NCBI RefSeq assembly: GCF_003918875.1
Contig: NW_025765814.1
Span: forward strand, 1,488,001 to 1,552,000
Direction of reading: 5' to 3'
Origin: Haliotis rubra
Taxonomy: Eukaryota
DNA: 64,000 nt
Made by a program: the position numbers and the translations under genes. Shown piece after piece: positions 1-13,200 of the stretch; positions within the stretch are counted from its first letter, which is position 1; each line of letters begins with the position of its first letter. Under the pieces are notes generated by a model, which did not search any database, was not told where the DNA came from, and saw only the letters and a program-made list of their open reading frames with translations.

Positions 1-2679
1 GAATCACAAATGTGATATACTGGAAAAACAACTTCAATGCTGCTGTCTACCTCTTTAATAACTCGTTCAAGCAGAAAGCCAATACTCCAAGTGTGCTTGT
101 ATGCATGCCACAACATTAAATAAGATTAACTCTTCAATTCCTGAGGTAAAAAAGTGCAAAGCAGGTGGTTACCGAGGGACGTGAACACAAGGACACATGT
201 GAAGAGGTGCACAGTGCACGTCTGCACAGTAAAACCATTCAGTGCATGCAGTCATTGCATATCGGAGGTTGAGCAATCAGTAACCAAGACAACATTCAAT
301 GAAAATTGTTAAGAAAGTCGGGTTGACCAGCATATTTCTCTATCAAAGTACAACAATTACTCAGAAAGGTGTTAACTGTACTTACATCCCATCACACCAG
401 CATGTCCAGTTGTGATCCTGAGTACTGTGAGATGGGCTGATGCTAACTTGAGACAACCCTATAAAAGTTGCCAATGCGACCAGGAGGACACTAGTCACAG
501 CTTGCCTTTACGCACATTATACTCACACACAAAACCTCCAAACAATCTTTTTCACTGAAAACCACAGCTTGAATTGATTGAAATGCCTACACAGGTTTAC
601 TTTGACATCTTGTCCTCATTCAAACAAATCCATCAACACGTCTGACACACCACATTGGCACAGCAAGATGACTACTGATGCAACCAGCAAAAGGATAATA
701 AATGAGATTAATCATGTTAATAACCATTCAATCTGACCATTTCTATGCAAAACATACAGATTTTTACAGTTTCTGCTGTCTGTTACATGCCCAATCATTC
801 GACTCGATCCCCAATCTCCATGTTTATACAGGGGGATTCAACTTGCGAAAGTTTCATTGGTTTTGTAAGCTATGCTTGAAGAAATTCAATGTTGGACAAT
901 TTTTTGGTCTGAAATAATCCGCATCTGTAGTGCTAGGAGATGCTTTTCTGGTATCAGATGTCATTAAATGTCAAGAACATGGTCATTTTTTGCCCATTTT
1001 GTCATCACCTCCGCACCAAACATTGAACACTAGCACATGAAAACTTGACAAATGGCTATTTTAGGTGAAAACAGTAACTTAAGGATTGTGAAGAATTTTG
1101 TGAGAAAAGCAATTGATCAGAAAAACTTAGCACGTCCCTGAAGCACACATGGACAGAATAACTCCTCCCCAAAAACTCCCATGTCTCTGTAACCTCTAAT
1201 TTGTAGCATACCTGTTTGCCCCAATGGTACAACACTGAAATTCATCACAAAGTAAACACAAGACATGTCAAGAAGGGCCAAATTAAAAAAAATGTTGTGG
1301 TTCCGATTACACCTCTTTAAAATTTAGGGAGGGTAGGTAGGATTTTTTTTTGAACATTTAAAAAAAAGAGTAAAGTACAAGCTAATAACCCATTTATCAA
1401 TGTATAATTGTTTATTCAATCAAGGTTTTGGGCCATCATGTTGACTTTCTCTATCAGAATGACCGATGTCCATCGGTGCCAGGGAAATAACAATGGAATT
1501 TTTTTAGGTCTAAGAAATCAACTGAAACCTAAACAGAACGAGGTCTTTGATAACTCCAAAAATACATTACGCATATCAGGCCACAGAGTATTAAATATTA
1601 GATTCCATACAAATTAAAAACTGTGAGAAATGTATTTAACATCTTGTATTTATTCTAAACAAACTGACTGACTGAGGGAGCATGAGTGTTTGATAGAAAT
1701 ATGTACATGGTACATTTCAATAAGTAATTAATTATCAATGCAGCTGAATCATGGAGACAATAAAAAACTGTACTTACATTTTCTGAATATGATCATGGAG
1801 ATGCCTACTTTTGTCAATATTTGGAGTTCAGTAAAACATTGTTGTCTGAAAGTTAAAGGGACCTACTTGAATACCTCAGGTTATCCAAAATACAAGACAA
1901 CCGAAAATCAATTTATAAAGAAAGCATATGAAGAGATCAACCATTTACTTCAAGACAACGATATGCTTGATACATCAAAGGTTGACACAACAGTGCTTGG
2001 CTGTATTCTAAGAGTATTATAAACACTGTATTTCAAGGGAGACAACACATCCCTCTTTTCATTCTTTCAGGGCAATCAGAACAGTCAACCAATCACTACA
2101 ATCTATGACCCATGGCCCAAGGTCTGAGACTTATCCATATTAATCGCCAAGCCAACACTATAGCTGCACTCTGTGCTACTGGGACCTGTTATGGCTTACA
2201 TATATCACTTAAGATATTACAGAAATTCTGTACTTCCTAAACAAACCTCTGCAAGGCAAGAAGGAATCTGTCACTGCATTAAGTTGGTATCACATCAACA
2301 AACCAGCAACAACGCTTCAGGAAAGAATTCAAAACCAAATAACAGCCAACTATTCCCTTATGTATTGGAGAAGAAAACTATTTCAAAATTATTTTGGTCA
2401 ATGTGTATCGAATTACTGCCGACCACCGGAGCCAGTCTGAACATTGTTTTTGTCGCTGTGTATATGCACAGCTTGGAGTGATTCCGTCCCAGATGGGACA
2501 ACGTCACATATTTACTGGAAGTAATGCATGCATGTCACATATACACTCGCAGTCAAGTGCTCTGTGCTGCATGAGAAGTATGCTGTATATTGTATTACCA
2601 TTGCAATGGATACGACACTGTTTTGAAGTACATATACCATTCTTTGGCAATTAACATGTTCACATTAAAAATACAAAGG

Positions 2680-3060
2680 CATCCTCTCCTTCCTCCCGTA
2701 TGTCCATCAATCTTTTCTCCCTCCCCTTCTTTTTCCTTCTCTCTCCTCCTGCCTTTCTTTCTCTCTCCTTCTCTCCCTGCCTTTCTCTCTCAAAGGCATA
2801 AAACCTTTCTCTGCCCATCCATTCTGTCCCTCTTCTCTCCCTCATTCTTTCCCTGCCTCTCTCTTTCCCGCCTCTCTCTCCCTCTTTCCTTCCCTGCCTC
2901 TCCCTACCTCTTCTCTCCCTCTTTCTTTCCCTGCCTCTCTCTCTTCTCTTCCTCTTTCTTTCCCTGCCTCTCCCTCTTTCCTTCCCTGCCTCTCTCCCTT
3001 CCTCCTCTTCTCTCACTCTTTCTTTCCTTGACTATCTCTCTCTCCTTTTTCTCTCCCTCT
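2680..3060. repeat. CT-rich low-complexity / degenerate (TC)n-(TCCC)n tract
   Basis: Almost pure pyrimidine on + strand; the overlapping S/L/P/F-rich and E/R/G-rich ORFs are by-products. Confidence 0.9.
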
Positions 3061-6000
3061 ATATCATTGGCACTCTCTCATTTATATATATTATTCATTG
3101 ATTAACTACTAATAATAACATTTCACTATTTAAATACACAAGGATATATGATTAGACCATTTGTTTAAACATAACAATCAGCATATAAAATTGAATGATT
3201 TCAGAACCATACCCCATAAAATCTAGTCCAAGATCAGTGATTACCTAAAAAGGCAAGTGAATTGATCCAATCCGGGCCAGTAAATGTATTATTGACAGTT
3301 GCAACATATATATCCGGCCGGCTGACGGGCGGGGGCAGCCACTTTCCCTGAATCAACACAGATACAATAGAGGGAATTCCTTCCCCACGAGACTGACGCA
3401 GGGTCCAAGGGTCCAAGCCTTGTGATCAGACGAGGAGTGGTTCGCGACTCACTGTTGGTATGATCAGCACAAAGAGAAATGCTTGAAACCTCACAAGTGT
3501 AACCATATCATTCATAATTTGTCCGTGCATGCTGTGAATGGGTGGGTAAGAAATATGTCAGGAGCTTGCGACAAGTTGCAGACTACAGGTGAGGATGAAG
3601 TGACACAGTTCAAATATGGCCTTCTTGATGGGAAATACATGATGGTGAACTGACATGGCAGATATCACAGAGCAACCTCTTGATGTACATTAAACACACT
3701 GAGTATGTAGACCATTCCCTTAGCCATTATTGGTGGCCCATCCTAGATGCCAAACCTTTCAGACCTTCCTACAAAGAAATAACCATTATGTTTTTCCAAA
3801 GTACAATTTTAATTTCAATGGTAAAGACTTTGAGTCAGAATCAAATTTTTGTTTACATAGTCCAATTCCTTTTAGAAAGAAAAGTAATCAACATGTAGTG
3901 GGTCATAACAAAAAACTACAAGTATGGCTGTAATATACACAGACTGTTCATGACCATTTAACTGCTTTACATTCTTAAAAGGTCCACTTTGTAAAAAATA
4001 TCTTCACAGCTAGTGAATACTAAAATCAAATCAATTCATCCGAATATCACAAGTTTAAATACTCTGACTCAAGTATTGTCGATGTGATGTTAAATATTCA
4101 TTCACTCACTCACTCACTAGCTCAAGTTGGCTCTTTTGACAAACATGTGCATATCTGACCCTACATTCTCAACAACAGTTTCACAGTTCAACATCATTTC
4201 CATCAGGAAACAAATAAATATGTGCCCAGATTAGGCATGTGGAAGTGCTGCTCCTTGTTTAGTCTGTCTCACAGTCCCTGAACCACATTAATTTCCCTAC
4301 TGCCAAGCCCTCTCTGCAGTGCTAAAGCCCTAAATAAAGCAAGTCTAGATTTCCTCAGGTTCTGAATCTCTGGTCTCCCTAGGGCTCCTTTTCAATATAA
4401 AGGGGCTTGTTTGTTACTATCAAAATTATATATATTCAGAGACTAAGCCTTAGTCTACTCCTTGTTTGGCTCCCTTCATCACCAGATGCTTGAAGTAGTC
4501 CACGCAGTGATAACGAAGGTGAGCCTGTATTGCATGAGGAACTCAGTCAGTGCTCACAGAAGTGTTGCTGATACAGTTCTCTAAGGTAATAAGTAATAGT
4601 TTAAATGATAATTTCTAAAAAATATAAATATCCCAATAACTGACTGGCATCCTTGTACTGTCCCCTTACCTAGACTTGCCATTTAAAGGAAAGAATTACT
4701 ATACATCCACGCATTCAGTACAGCCTTGGTTGTGACTGACGTGAACATTTTATAGATACTGTCTACAACAGAATATCTTCATTCATGTATGACATGCAGC
4801 TACCAGTCATGTGTCAAATGTTTTCCACTTTTCATTTAATTGTGATAATATACAATATTTGAGAAATACTTTCAACTAGTTCAACAGGGCTTATGCTGAA
4901 CAGCAAGTTCTTTCACAAGTTATTGTTTGTTGTTCAATGCCGCATTCAGCAATATTTGAGTTATATGAAATCAGTGTAAGAAATTGAATCTGGACCAGAC
5001 AATCCTGTGATTGGCACCATGAGCACTGATCCATGCTATTTGTGCACCAACTAAGTCAATGAGTCTGACCACAAACCCCTTAGGTCGCCTCTTACGACAA
5101 GCTTGGGTTCCAACCCATCATCTTTTGGGAAGTAATTTCCCATGTTATCCAATGCCACTGTGGTTGATCTTTCTTTCTGAAAGGCCATGGTTACTAAAAC
5201 TGATGAACATGGATTTCTAACATTTCTCAAGTTCAAATTAACATAGGAAGTGTCCATCATTCCAGTGACCTGAAACACACATACAGGTTGACATTCAATT
5301 GTTTCCTGATTTCCGTGTTTCCTGGGCACAACTCTATCCATGCTCCAAGGGTTATCATTAAAGCTGATTATCACTTTAATGTCCACACTGCATATATGTG
5401 TGGTCATTGTCAACTGGTTGACATATTTTCCTTCATGTTAGGCATATCATTGGACTGATACCGAGGAGACTGTATATTTTCGAAATTGAGCAAGTTTATA
5501 TAATTAACTATCTGATGCCAAAACAAGTAAAATATTAATAATAAAAAATTGTATTCAATTTAACTCTATGTAAAAGTACAGTCGAGCACCGTTGTCTCGA
5601 TATTCATGGACGATATCCGAACTTCGAGACTTGCGACCAGGGCATATCATCACTATGAAAGAAAACAAAATGCTGATTCGAAACTATAATCCGTTATCAG
5701 TAGTGTTAAGTCGTAACAGTGACTACTTCCTAATTAAATTCTTCTTATTTAATCCTAATTAAATAACAAACACGTGACACCTTCAACTCAATTAGCCCTA
5801 ATAAGTTTACGCTTCCGCATCCCTTTGATTCATGCCGCACCGTGTGGAAACGTGTGGAAAAACACTCACTTCAGAGGGATACTAGCCCATGAAAGGTAGG
5901 TGGATATCGAGTTTCTTTGCAAATATCGAGTTAAAAGGGTAATTTTGCTTGTTGGGACTATGAAATTATATATCGGCACACACTGGTACAAAACCTACCA

Positions 6001-7287
6001 CAAACACAGGGTTTGCAACATACACATAGACTCAAGGTGTTGGTTGGTGTTTCAGAAAGTCCTTATTACAGAACAATTCAGTTTTCAGGAGGTAGTCAGA
6101 ACATTTTAACAACTAGTCGGGTGACTCATGTCAACTCCAGGACTAACAAGTTGTCTACAGGAATTTGTTTCATCTTGAGTATCCAATTGGATTGTCCTGG
6201 CTTCTGGGAGGGGTCAACCACTGGACAGGTTCATTACCTGGCCACTCAGCCCTTTTCAATAGGCATCTCTCTTCTGTAGTGGCAGTGATAAGGCTCAGAT
6301 CTAAGCTGGGCTGCTGGACCACAACCTGGTGCAGGACAAGGTTCATGTAGCCTTGCTCCAACTCTGTATTGAATGATTAGTTCATAGATGTTCAGGAATT
6401 CTATCTGTACTATAAGACTAGGTAAGACATAGAGCCCTGACGTGCCCTGTTTTATCAGAAGTTGGACAGTAGAAGGTCTCCAGTCATTTATACAAACTAT
6501 TCGCTTCTGTAAACTCTCGAATACCAATTTAAAATCATAATCAAATCTAGGGTTGATGGTGCACATTTGTGTATCAAGAGGATTATGAATATTTCAGGAA
6601 TATCAGAGGCAAGTTCTCAAGTTTGATGTCTGATGAGACCTTATTCCTCAAGGTACTGTTCTCAAAATGCTTAATTCTGAAATTAATGAATTCCATTGTT
6701 TAATGGCCTCTTCTATCACACATGTTTGTCAGACATTATATGCTCTATTGAAAATCATTCATGGGGTTTCTACAGCACAGACAAACCCTGACAGTTTGTT
6801 TGTTTGTTGTTTTACACCGCACTCAGCAACATTCTGGCTAAATGGCGGAGGTCTGTAAATAAACAAGTCTGGACCAGACAATCCAGTGAGCATGAGCATG
6901 GAAAGACTGAGTGTATATAGTGACAACTCCAAACAGCATGTGAATGAAACTAGGATCAATTTAGTTTAGTTACTGCGAATAACACTGAGTAATCTGGCAA
7001 CATGATTGTGCCTGCTGGAAAACAGGGTCATTGACACAAACACTGCTACCCCATAAATAGACTGTCTTCCTTGAGACTAAGACTAAATCTGGTTCTCTTC
7101 ATATGCAAGTATCCAATCACCATGGTATGTGTGCTTGAATTTATCACAAACCAAATAAGAGTCAGAGAGGCAAATCAATGAGAGTTATGTCAGAATGTCT
7201 GGGTTGATCAGTGGTCACAGATGGTGGTGAATAAATGACGGAACACTGTCAGAACTTTCAGAGTCATTGGGACGAAGACGAAGAAGA

Positions 7288-7535
7288 GTGAGTGAGAGTG
7301 AGTTTAATTTTACGCCGCACTCAGCAATATTCCAGCTGTATGGCTGTGGTCTGTAAATAATCGAGTCTGGACCAGACAATTCAATTATTAACCGCATGAA
7401 CATCAATCTATGCAATTGGGATACGATGACATGTGTCAACCCAGTCAGCGAGCCTGACCACCCGATCCCATTAGTCGCCTCTTACGACAAGCATGGGTTA
7501 CTGAAGATCAATTCTAACCTGGACCTTCACGGGTC
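7288..7535 (-). mobile_element. SINE family F1 (non-tRNA structured head, about 250-265 bp), full copy
   Basis: Reverse complement of GACCCGTGAAG...GTCGTAAGAGGCGACTAA...GCTGGAATATTGCTGAGTGCGGCGTAAAA(CTCA)n. More copies or fragments at ~4925-5110(-), 6795-6900(-), 19100-19480(-), 20070-20365(+), 22675-22885(-), 24893-25081(+), 30545-30700(+), 34664-34750(-), 43368-43580(-), 45907-46137(+), 51676-51914(-), 60540-60795(-). Confidence 0.85.
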
Positions 7536-7770
7536 AGAAGAAGAAATATAGTTTATTTACTTGTCACATGCTGAAACTCCTGCCAAAAAGCAATACTACA
7601 AAAGGATGATCTAGTCTTTCAAAACACTTTGTAAACTATATACCTAGATACAAGCTGAGATTTCATGACCAAACTTCAAGAGATACAAAAGCCAAAACCC
7701 TACAGAAATGCTGAACTAACACAGCAACATCAATCTGCAGTGAAAACCCAACAGAAATCGGCCATGTAAA

Positions 7771-7905
7771 GGGGCGGTGGAGTAGCCTAGTGGTTAAAGC
7801 GTTCACTCGTCACATGGAAGACTTGGGTTTGATTCCTCACATGGCTACAATGTGTGAAGCCCATTTCTGCTGCAATATTGCTAAAAGCGGCGTAAAAGTA
7901 CTCAC
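7771..7905 (+). mobile_element. tRNA-derived SINE family F2 (tRNA-Asp-like head), partly deleted copy
   Basis: A-box TAGCCTAGTGG, degenerate B-box, tail AATATTGCTAAAAGCGGCGTAAAA shared with F1. Other copies at ~10610-10772(-), 20945-21085(+), 27325-27470(-), 33735-33890(+), 51927-52090(-). Confidence 0.8.
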
Positions 7906-9768
7906 TTGCCGCCATGAAATATTTTTAGTCTTTTACAAACATACAATTTGGAAGAAATATTAAAAAATTTCATCCTTCAGTATGTGCCACATTCCAATTT
8001 ACACATATGGAAAGTGCACAATCTCATAACGACGCCTGACTGTTTGTCTTGGACACATGTGCACTGTTTTATCAGAACTTGGATTCAGAATTCGTCAGTA
8101 AATAAACATGACAAAGGGAAATAAAGTAATTATGGCTGAAAACCTGAACATATGTTTAACAGAAAGTGCAGCATACGATTAACAATTTCAAGCAATTAAA
8201 AATGGGCTAAAAATGGGCTACACATGCTTAACAATTTCTAGCAATTTGGTCAACAAATGTCTGACAATTTCAAGCAATTTGGGCTACAAATGCTTAACTC
8301 TCGTCTCCAAACATACATCCTTACAATCATTGTGAGTTTGATGCCATAGCAAGACAGCCTGTTATCCAAAGTCTCTCCTGGAGATGACTGTAATCCCTAC
8401 GCAACTGTCAGGGATGGTGAGGTGGGCTTATTAGGCGTTCATGATAATTGCATTTACATAGTGACATGCATGCACATGTGTGTCTGGCTGCTTGGACTTG
8501 ACAGCTTGGGAGGAAAGCTTGAAGTGATGCAGTCTCAGATATTTACCATTATGTGAAACCCACAAGCAGTGGTTGGTGCAGACAAACCTAGAAACAATCA
8601 GGATTTGAACACAGGTTTCTTGCACGGCAAACAGACTCACATTGGCAGCGTGCACCATGGTGACTAATGACCACCCGTTATCTTCCAATATCACAATAAG
8701 AGTCATTGGCACTATTCTACACCAACACTCTGGTGTCATTGCATTCATGGACACTTTCTCAATTGAGTAGTTGCAGTTTTCTAACACTCATCAGGGGTGG
8801 AAATAACCCATTGCCCGACGTCCGAGTCCAGTGTTTTTTTCTGTCGGGCAAGCAAATTTGTACATCACGCTGTACCGGTGTCCAGTTGACTTTCCAATGT
8901 TAATAATGTTATTTATTTAAAAAATCAACAAGAAAACGGCCGGTATAGTGGTATAGTTTGAAGTTGTTTCAAACTGTTCGGTATCTCACAATATAGGTAC
9001 ATGTGGACCCAACTGTCTGACACAGAAGCTTCCCACCACCAGGAAGGTGGAGGTCACAGGTAGGGGTAGCTCTTAAAAGAAATGAAAATAAACCATTCCG
9101 CTGTTTTATGCAGTAGTTCTCCGCTACAAGGAGAGGAAGGAGGTAACAGGTAAGCTTTGCCCAGTTGCTGATTAGAACAAAGTATACCACTGTCTTAGAC
9201 AGTAGGCTTCCACTCCCGGGAGAGGAGGGTCACAGTAGCCAACTAGCTACCCAGGTGTGTCTACAGTAGCCTGCTGCAACCTGAGGAGAGGGGTGTGCCA
9301 TCAGGTGGCTGAAGCCTCAGAGGTCTGTTCTGGTCCAACAAGCAGGCCACATTCCGCGATTATCTTTCCTCTCATGTATAATTCATGGCCATTGGGAGGG
9401 TAATTCCCAGTAGCAAGTGCCCACAATGTCCTTCAACAGCAGTCACCAACTGTGACCAGAAAATGGGCATATCATCCATTGACTACACCACTAGATCCAG
9501 CGAGCACATCCAGTTTCACTATGTATAGGTATTTGCTTGTTAACTGCCCAGATTATGATTCTCTATTCACAGTGTCCTGGCCATATGGTGCACCCTTCAT
9601 ATATTCAACACCTAGTCTATCAGCTCTAGTACCTCACTTTGATAGGAGCAATACTTACTATCAACAATAGAGTGAAGTAGCATATTAAGGCTGTCCATGA
9701 AGATATTTTAGTTCATCTATCCTCCACACCTGGTACTTCAGAACAGGGTGGGTAGGTCAAAAGGAAGC

Positions 9769-9817
9769 AGGGCAGGGGGCAGGGCAGGGGCAGGGGCAGG
9801 GGCAGGGGCAGGGCAGG
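9769..9817 (+). repeat. (GGGGCA)n microsatellite, G-quadruplex-capable
   Basis: About 8 units of GGG(G)CA read directly. Confidence 0.85.
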
Positions 9818-9934
9818 CAAATGATCAGTTAAAACTATAATTCATTATTTGAAAATTGATTGGCTTCTATTTGACAACGATACACATCATTAAGCTTTCT
9901 ATGATTAAGATTCCATTTAATTTGGTTTGCATTT

Positions 9935-10200
9935 NNNNNNNNNNNNNNNNNNNNNNNNNNNNNNNNNNNNNNNNNNNNNNNNNNNNNNNNNNNNNNNNNN
10001 NNNNNNNNNNNNNNNNNNNNNNNNNNNNNNNNNNNNNNNNNNNNNNNNNNNNNNNNNNNNNNNNNNNNNNNNNNNNNNNNNNNNNNNNNNNNNNNNNNNN
10101 NNNNNNNNNNNNNNNNNNNNNNNNNNNNNNNNNNNNNNNNNNNNNNNNNNNNNNNNNNNNNNNNNNNNNNNNNNNNNNNNNNNNNNNNNNNNNNNNNNNN
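9935..10200. other. Assembly gap flanked by a ~110-bp direct duplication
   Basis: N run; ~9825-9934 is repeated (diverged) at 10201-10309. Confidence 0.95.
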
Positions 10201-13200
10201 TCAATTAAAAACTACAATTCATTATTGCAAAATGACTGGCATCTATTTGACAACAACACACATCATTAAGCTTTCTATGATTAAGATTCAATTTAATTTG
10301 GTTTGCATTTAAAGAAATCTAACAATCTTGTTATTTTCTTTACCCCAGTTGTCAAAACAAGTACATTGTACAAGTACATTATAAAAATTGGTCAGGAACA
10401 TGAGCCTAGTTAGACGCCGGGAAGTGGGTGAATACTGCACACAGCACTCTCCTAAGTTACAGATAAGTAGAGCAGTCAGCAACAAAAAGTTGAGACCATA
10501 CAAACAGGTGAGTAATAACCTGAGCAACGAACCACTGTGGAGGAACAAAACCCAACCTCCTCTCCAAAGAACTCATGGAGTATCGTGGACACAGAATGCA
10601 CAGTTGTCATGAGTGAGTGAGTCAGTTTAGTTTATTCTGCTTTTAGCAATATTCAAACAAAATCACGGCAGGGGACACTAGAAAAGGGGCTTCACACATT
10701 GCACCCATGTGGGGAAACGAACCCAGGTCTTTGGTGTGACGAGCGAACGCTTTAGCCACTATGCTACCCCCCTGCGACAACAGTTGTCGTGTCTTTCAGA
10801 TAAGACGTAACACGGTCAATAAAGCAATTACGCATGTGACATCACAGACAACCATTTGTATGACATGGAATAAGGTACATAGATGTTTCCAAACAATCTC
10901 ATGACAAGGCTTAAAGAGAAACAATTTTATATGTTTTGAAGATTAGCACAACCACAACATTGTTATTTATTTCAATGTCTCTGTTTCACTTCCGACAAAC
11001 CTAACAAAGATCAGCCAAGAAAAGCTTTAAGCAAATATGCAAATATAGCACTTTGTAATTGCTTGACGTTAGTGACATTTCCCCAACACTGCTTACCACA
11101 TGTTTATCAAACATTATTGATACCAGCATGTTGAATTTCATGTCATCATATCCTGCCATTGTTCAGTGTGGTATGACTGAAGTTTCAAACATAAATACTA
11201 TCTTCATCCTATTCACTTTGTACGCCTCACACAATGTTTGGCGGGCATGTCGAAAAACATTTTCAATTCTCTTTTCAGCAGCCAGAGAGTCATGTCAACA
11301 TTTATACAAGGGATTACACTCTAACCTGTTTTAAGGAGTCATTTCACGGATGTGTGGATATTGATGGGGATAATATGCTCATTTCAAGGCCATTGATCGG
11401 TGTGGTCAACCCATAAAAACACTGAGCCAGCCTGTTGACAGATATGACATCCCTTTGATTCCAACACTAGAAATATGTGCAGCATACAATCTCAACCATC
11501 AACGACAAAACTATCACAGTTCACACTCACAAACCAGGGTCAGGTAACCTTCACCTTCAGGTCATAAGGATCCTTCTGATAATATACTGTCCATTTCTTT
11601 ACATTCAATCACTGTGTATCATTTAAACAAAGAATTCATGATTTATAATTATATTTTCATAACTGTATGACTGATAACTGTCCTCTTGTTATCAAAAACA
11701 ATTAATGGCTACCTATGTATACAGTTCAACAGATGTTAAGAAACAGTTTTCTTTCATATTACTATCATCTGTCGTGGTTCTTAACTTCTTTTGAGAAATA
11801 TACATAGATAGGCAATAATTAACTGCATTCAGTAGTCAAGTATATAAGTGTTATTAGAATTGGGATTGGAAATAACATGAACACAGCTTTGGTGGATTAT
11901 CAGATCGTATTATTTGAAGTGTGTGATTAATTTAGCATAATTCACCAACTGCACTCTGTAACCGTCATATTGACTTCCTCATTCATGCTCTATCGATGAT
12001 AAGAAACTGATTAATGTCTTTAGGTAAGAGTTTACAAACATATTCTGAAAATAAAACCATTTCAAAAGAAACTAATCACATTCCAGCTTCTTAAGCCTAA
12101 CCCATAGACTGCTCCTTCACAGGCCCTTAATCCTCTTATCGTAGGTTATCAGCAAATTCAGCGAGAGAATTTCTAATATATGTAAACTAAAAGCTGCATT
12201 AACGTCAGTTAAAAAGATACCACATCAACATTAGCATATGTTAAAAAGACACTTTCTACAGCTCAGGAAAGCCACACTGTGAAAGTGTGTACACATGTAA
12301 CACTATCCGCCTACATCAGCTGATAGTACGGTGTGATACATGGCGGACCAGACCAACACAGGTATATTCTGTACTGGCCCATGGTTAATTACGCTAGTCA
12401 AACATAATTACCTTCTTGCTACAGGTAAGGTCTAGCAAAGAAGTAAACAGGTTGGTGCAGGGGGGTCACTCCGGATGATCCTCGTCTAAACACTTGCATG
12501 ACAGGCACTGAGAACCAACACGCTCTCAACTCTGACATTTACGCTGAGTTGGGGATAAACTCTATCACCTCGATCTTGCAGCCGATGCAACAATTACATG
12601 TTAATTTGTGGTCGTGTACGAGTTTAAATTAGATTACCTGTCTATTAGCACAACATTTGACAACTTTTTACCCATTTTTTGTAAGTAAATACTAGTGAGC
12701 AAATAAGTGTACTTTTCACAACAGTTTGATAAAAAAAAACCCAATGATTTCATTAAGAACAAATAAAAAAGTGCAACTGACCCTGAAGCAATACTTTGTT
12801 GACCAAACAAAGATTTCTGCATCTATTTTTCCACAAATGGAAGAAGATTTATGCCAAGTCCATTTTGGGGCAAGTGAAAAGGAAAATTAGGATACCCAAT
12901 TGAGATGAACACAAGCAAGTACATAACTCAATGACCCAAAAAGGTATCTGTAGCTCTGCATCTACTACAACACAGCTGCAGAACTGCCACACCATCAATC
13001 AATATACAGTGTATTTGCTTTCATTCTTAATGAATCATAATGAGAGCCATTCCTGCTCCCGCCCACAATATGTGACAAATGGCTGATTCAGCAAACATTT
13101 TCATGTTTGAAAGCTATAACGATCAAGTTTTTACCCACAAACATATTAACAAAACCACAGCAACAAAAAACACGAACATGTAAAGATTATCATGATTATA

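Noticed and set aside
6050-6780. Possible decayed LTR-retroelement coding fragment
   Set aside because: Only vague motif hints; no diagnostic RT/integrase motif could be reconstructed
9856-10269. ORFs containing X runs (also 21303-21596)
   Set aside because: Span assembly gaps
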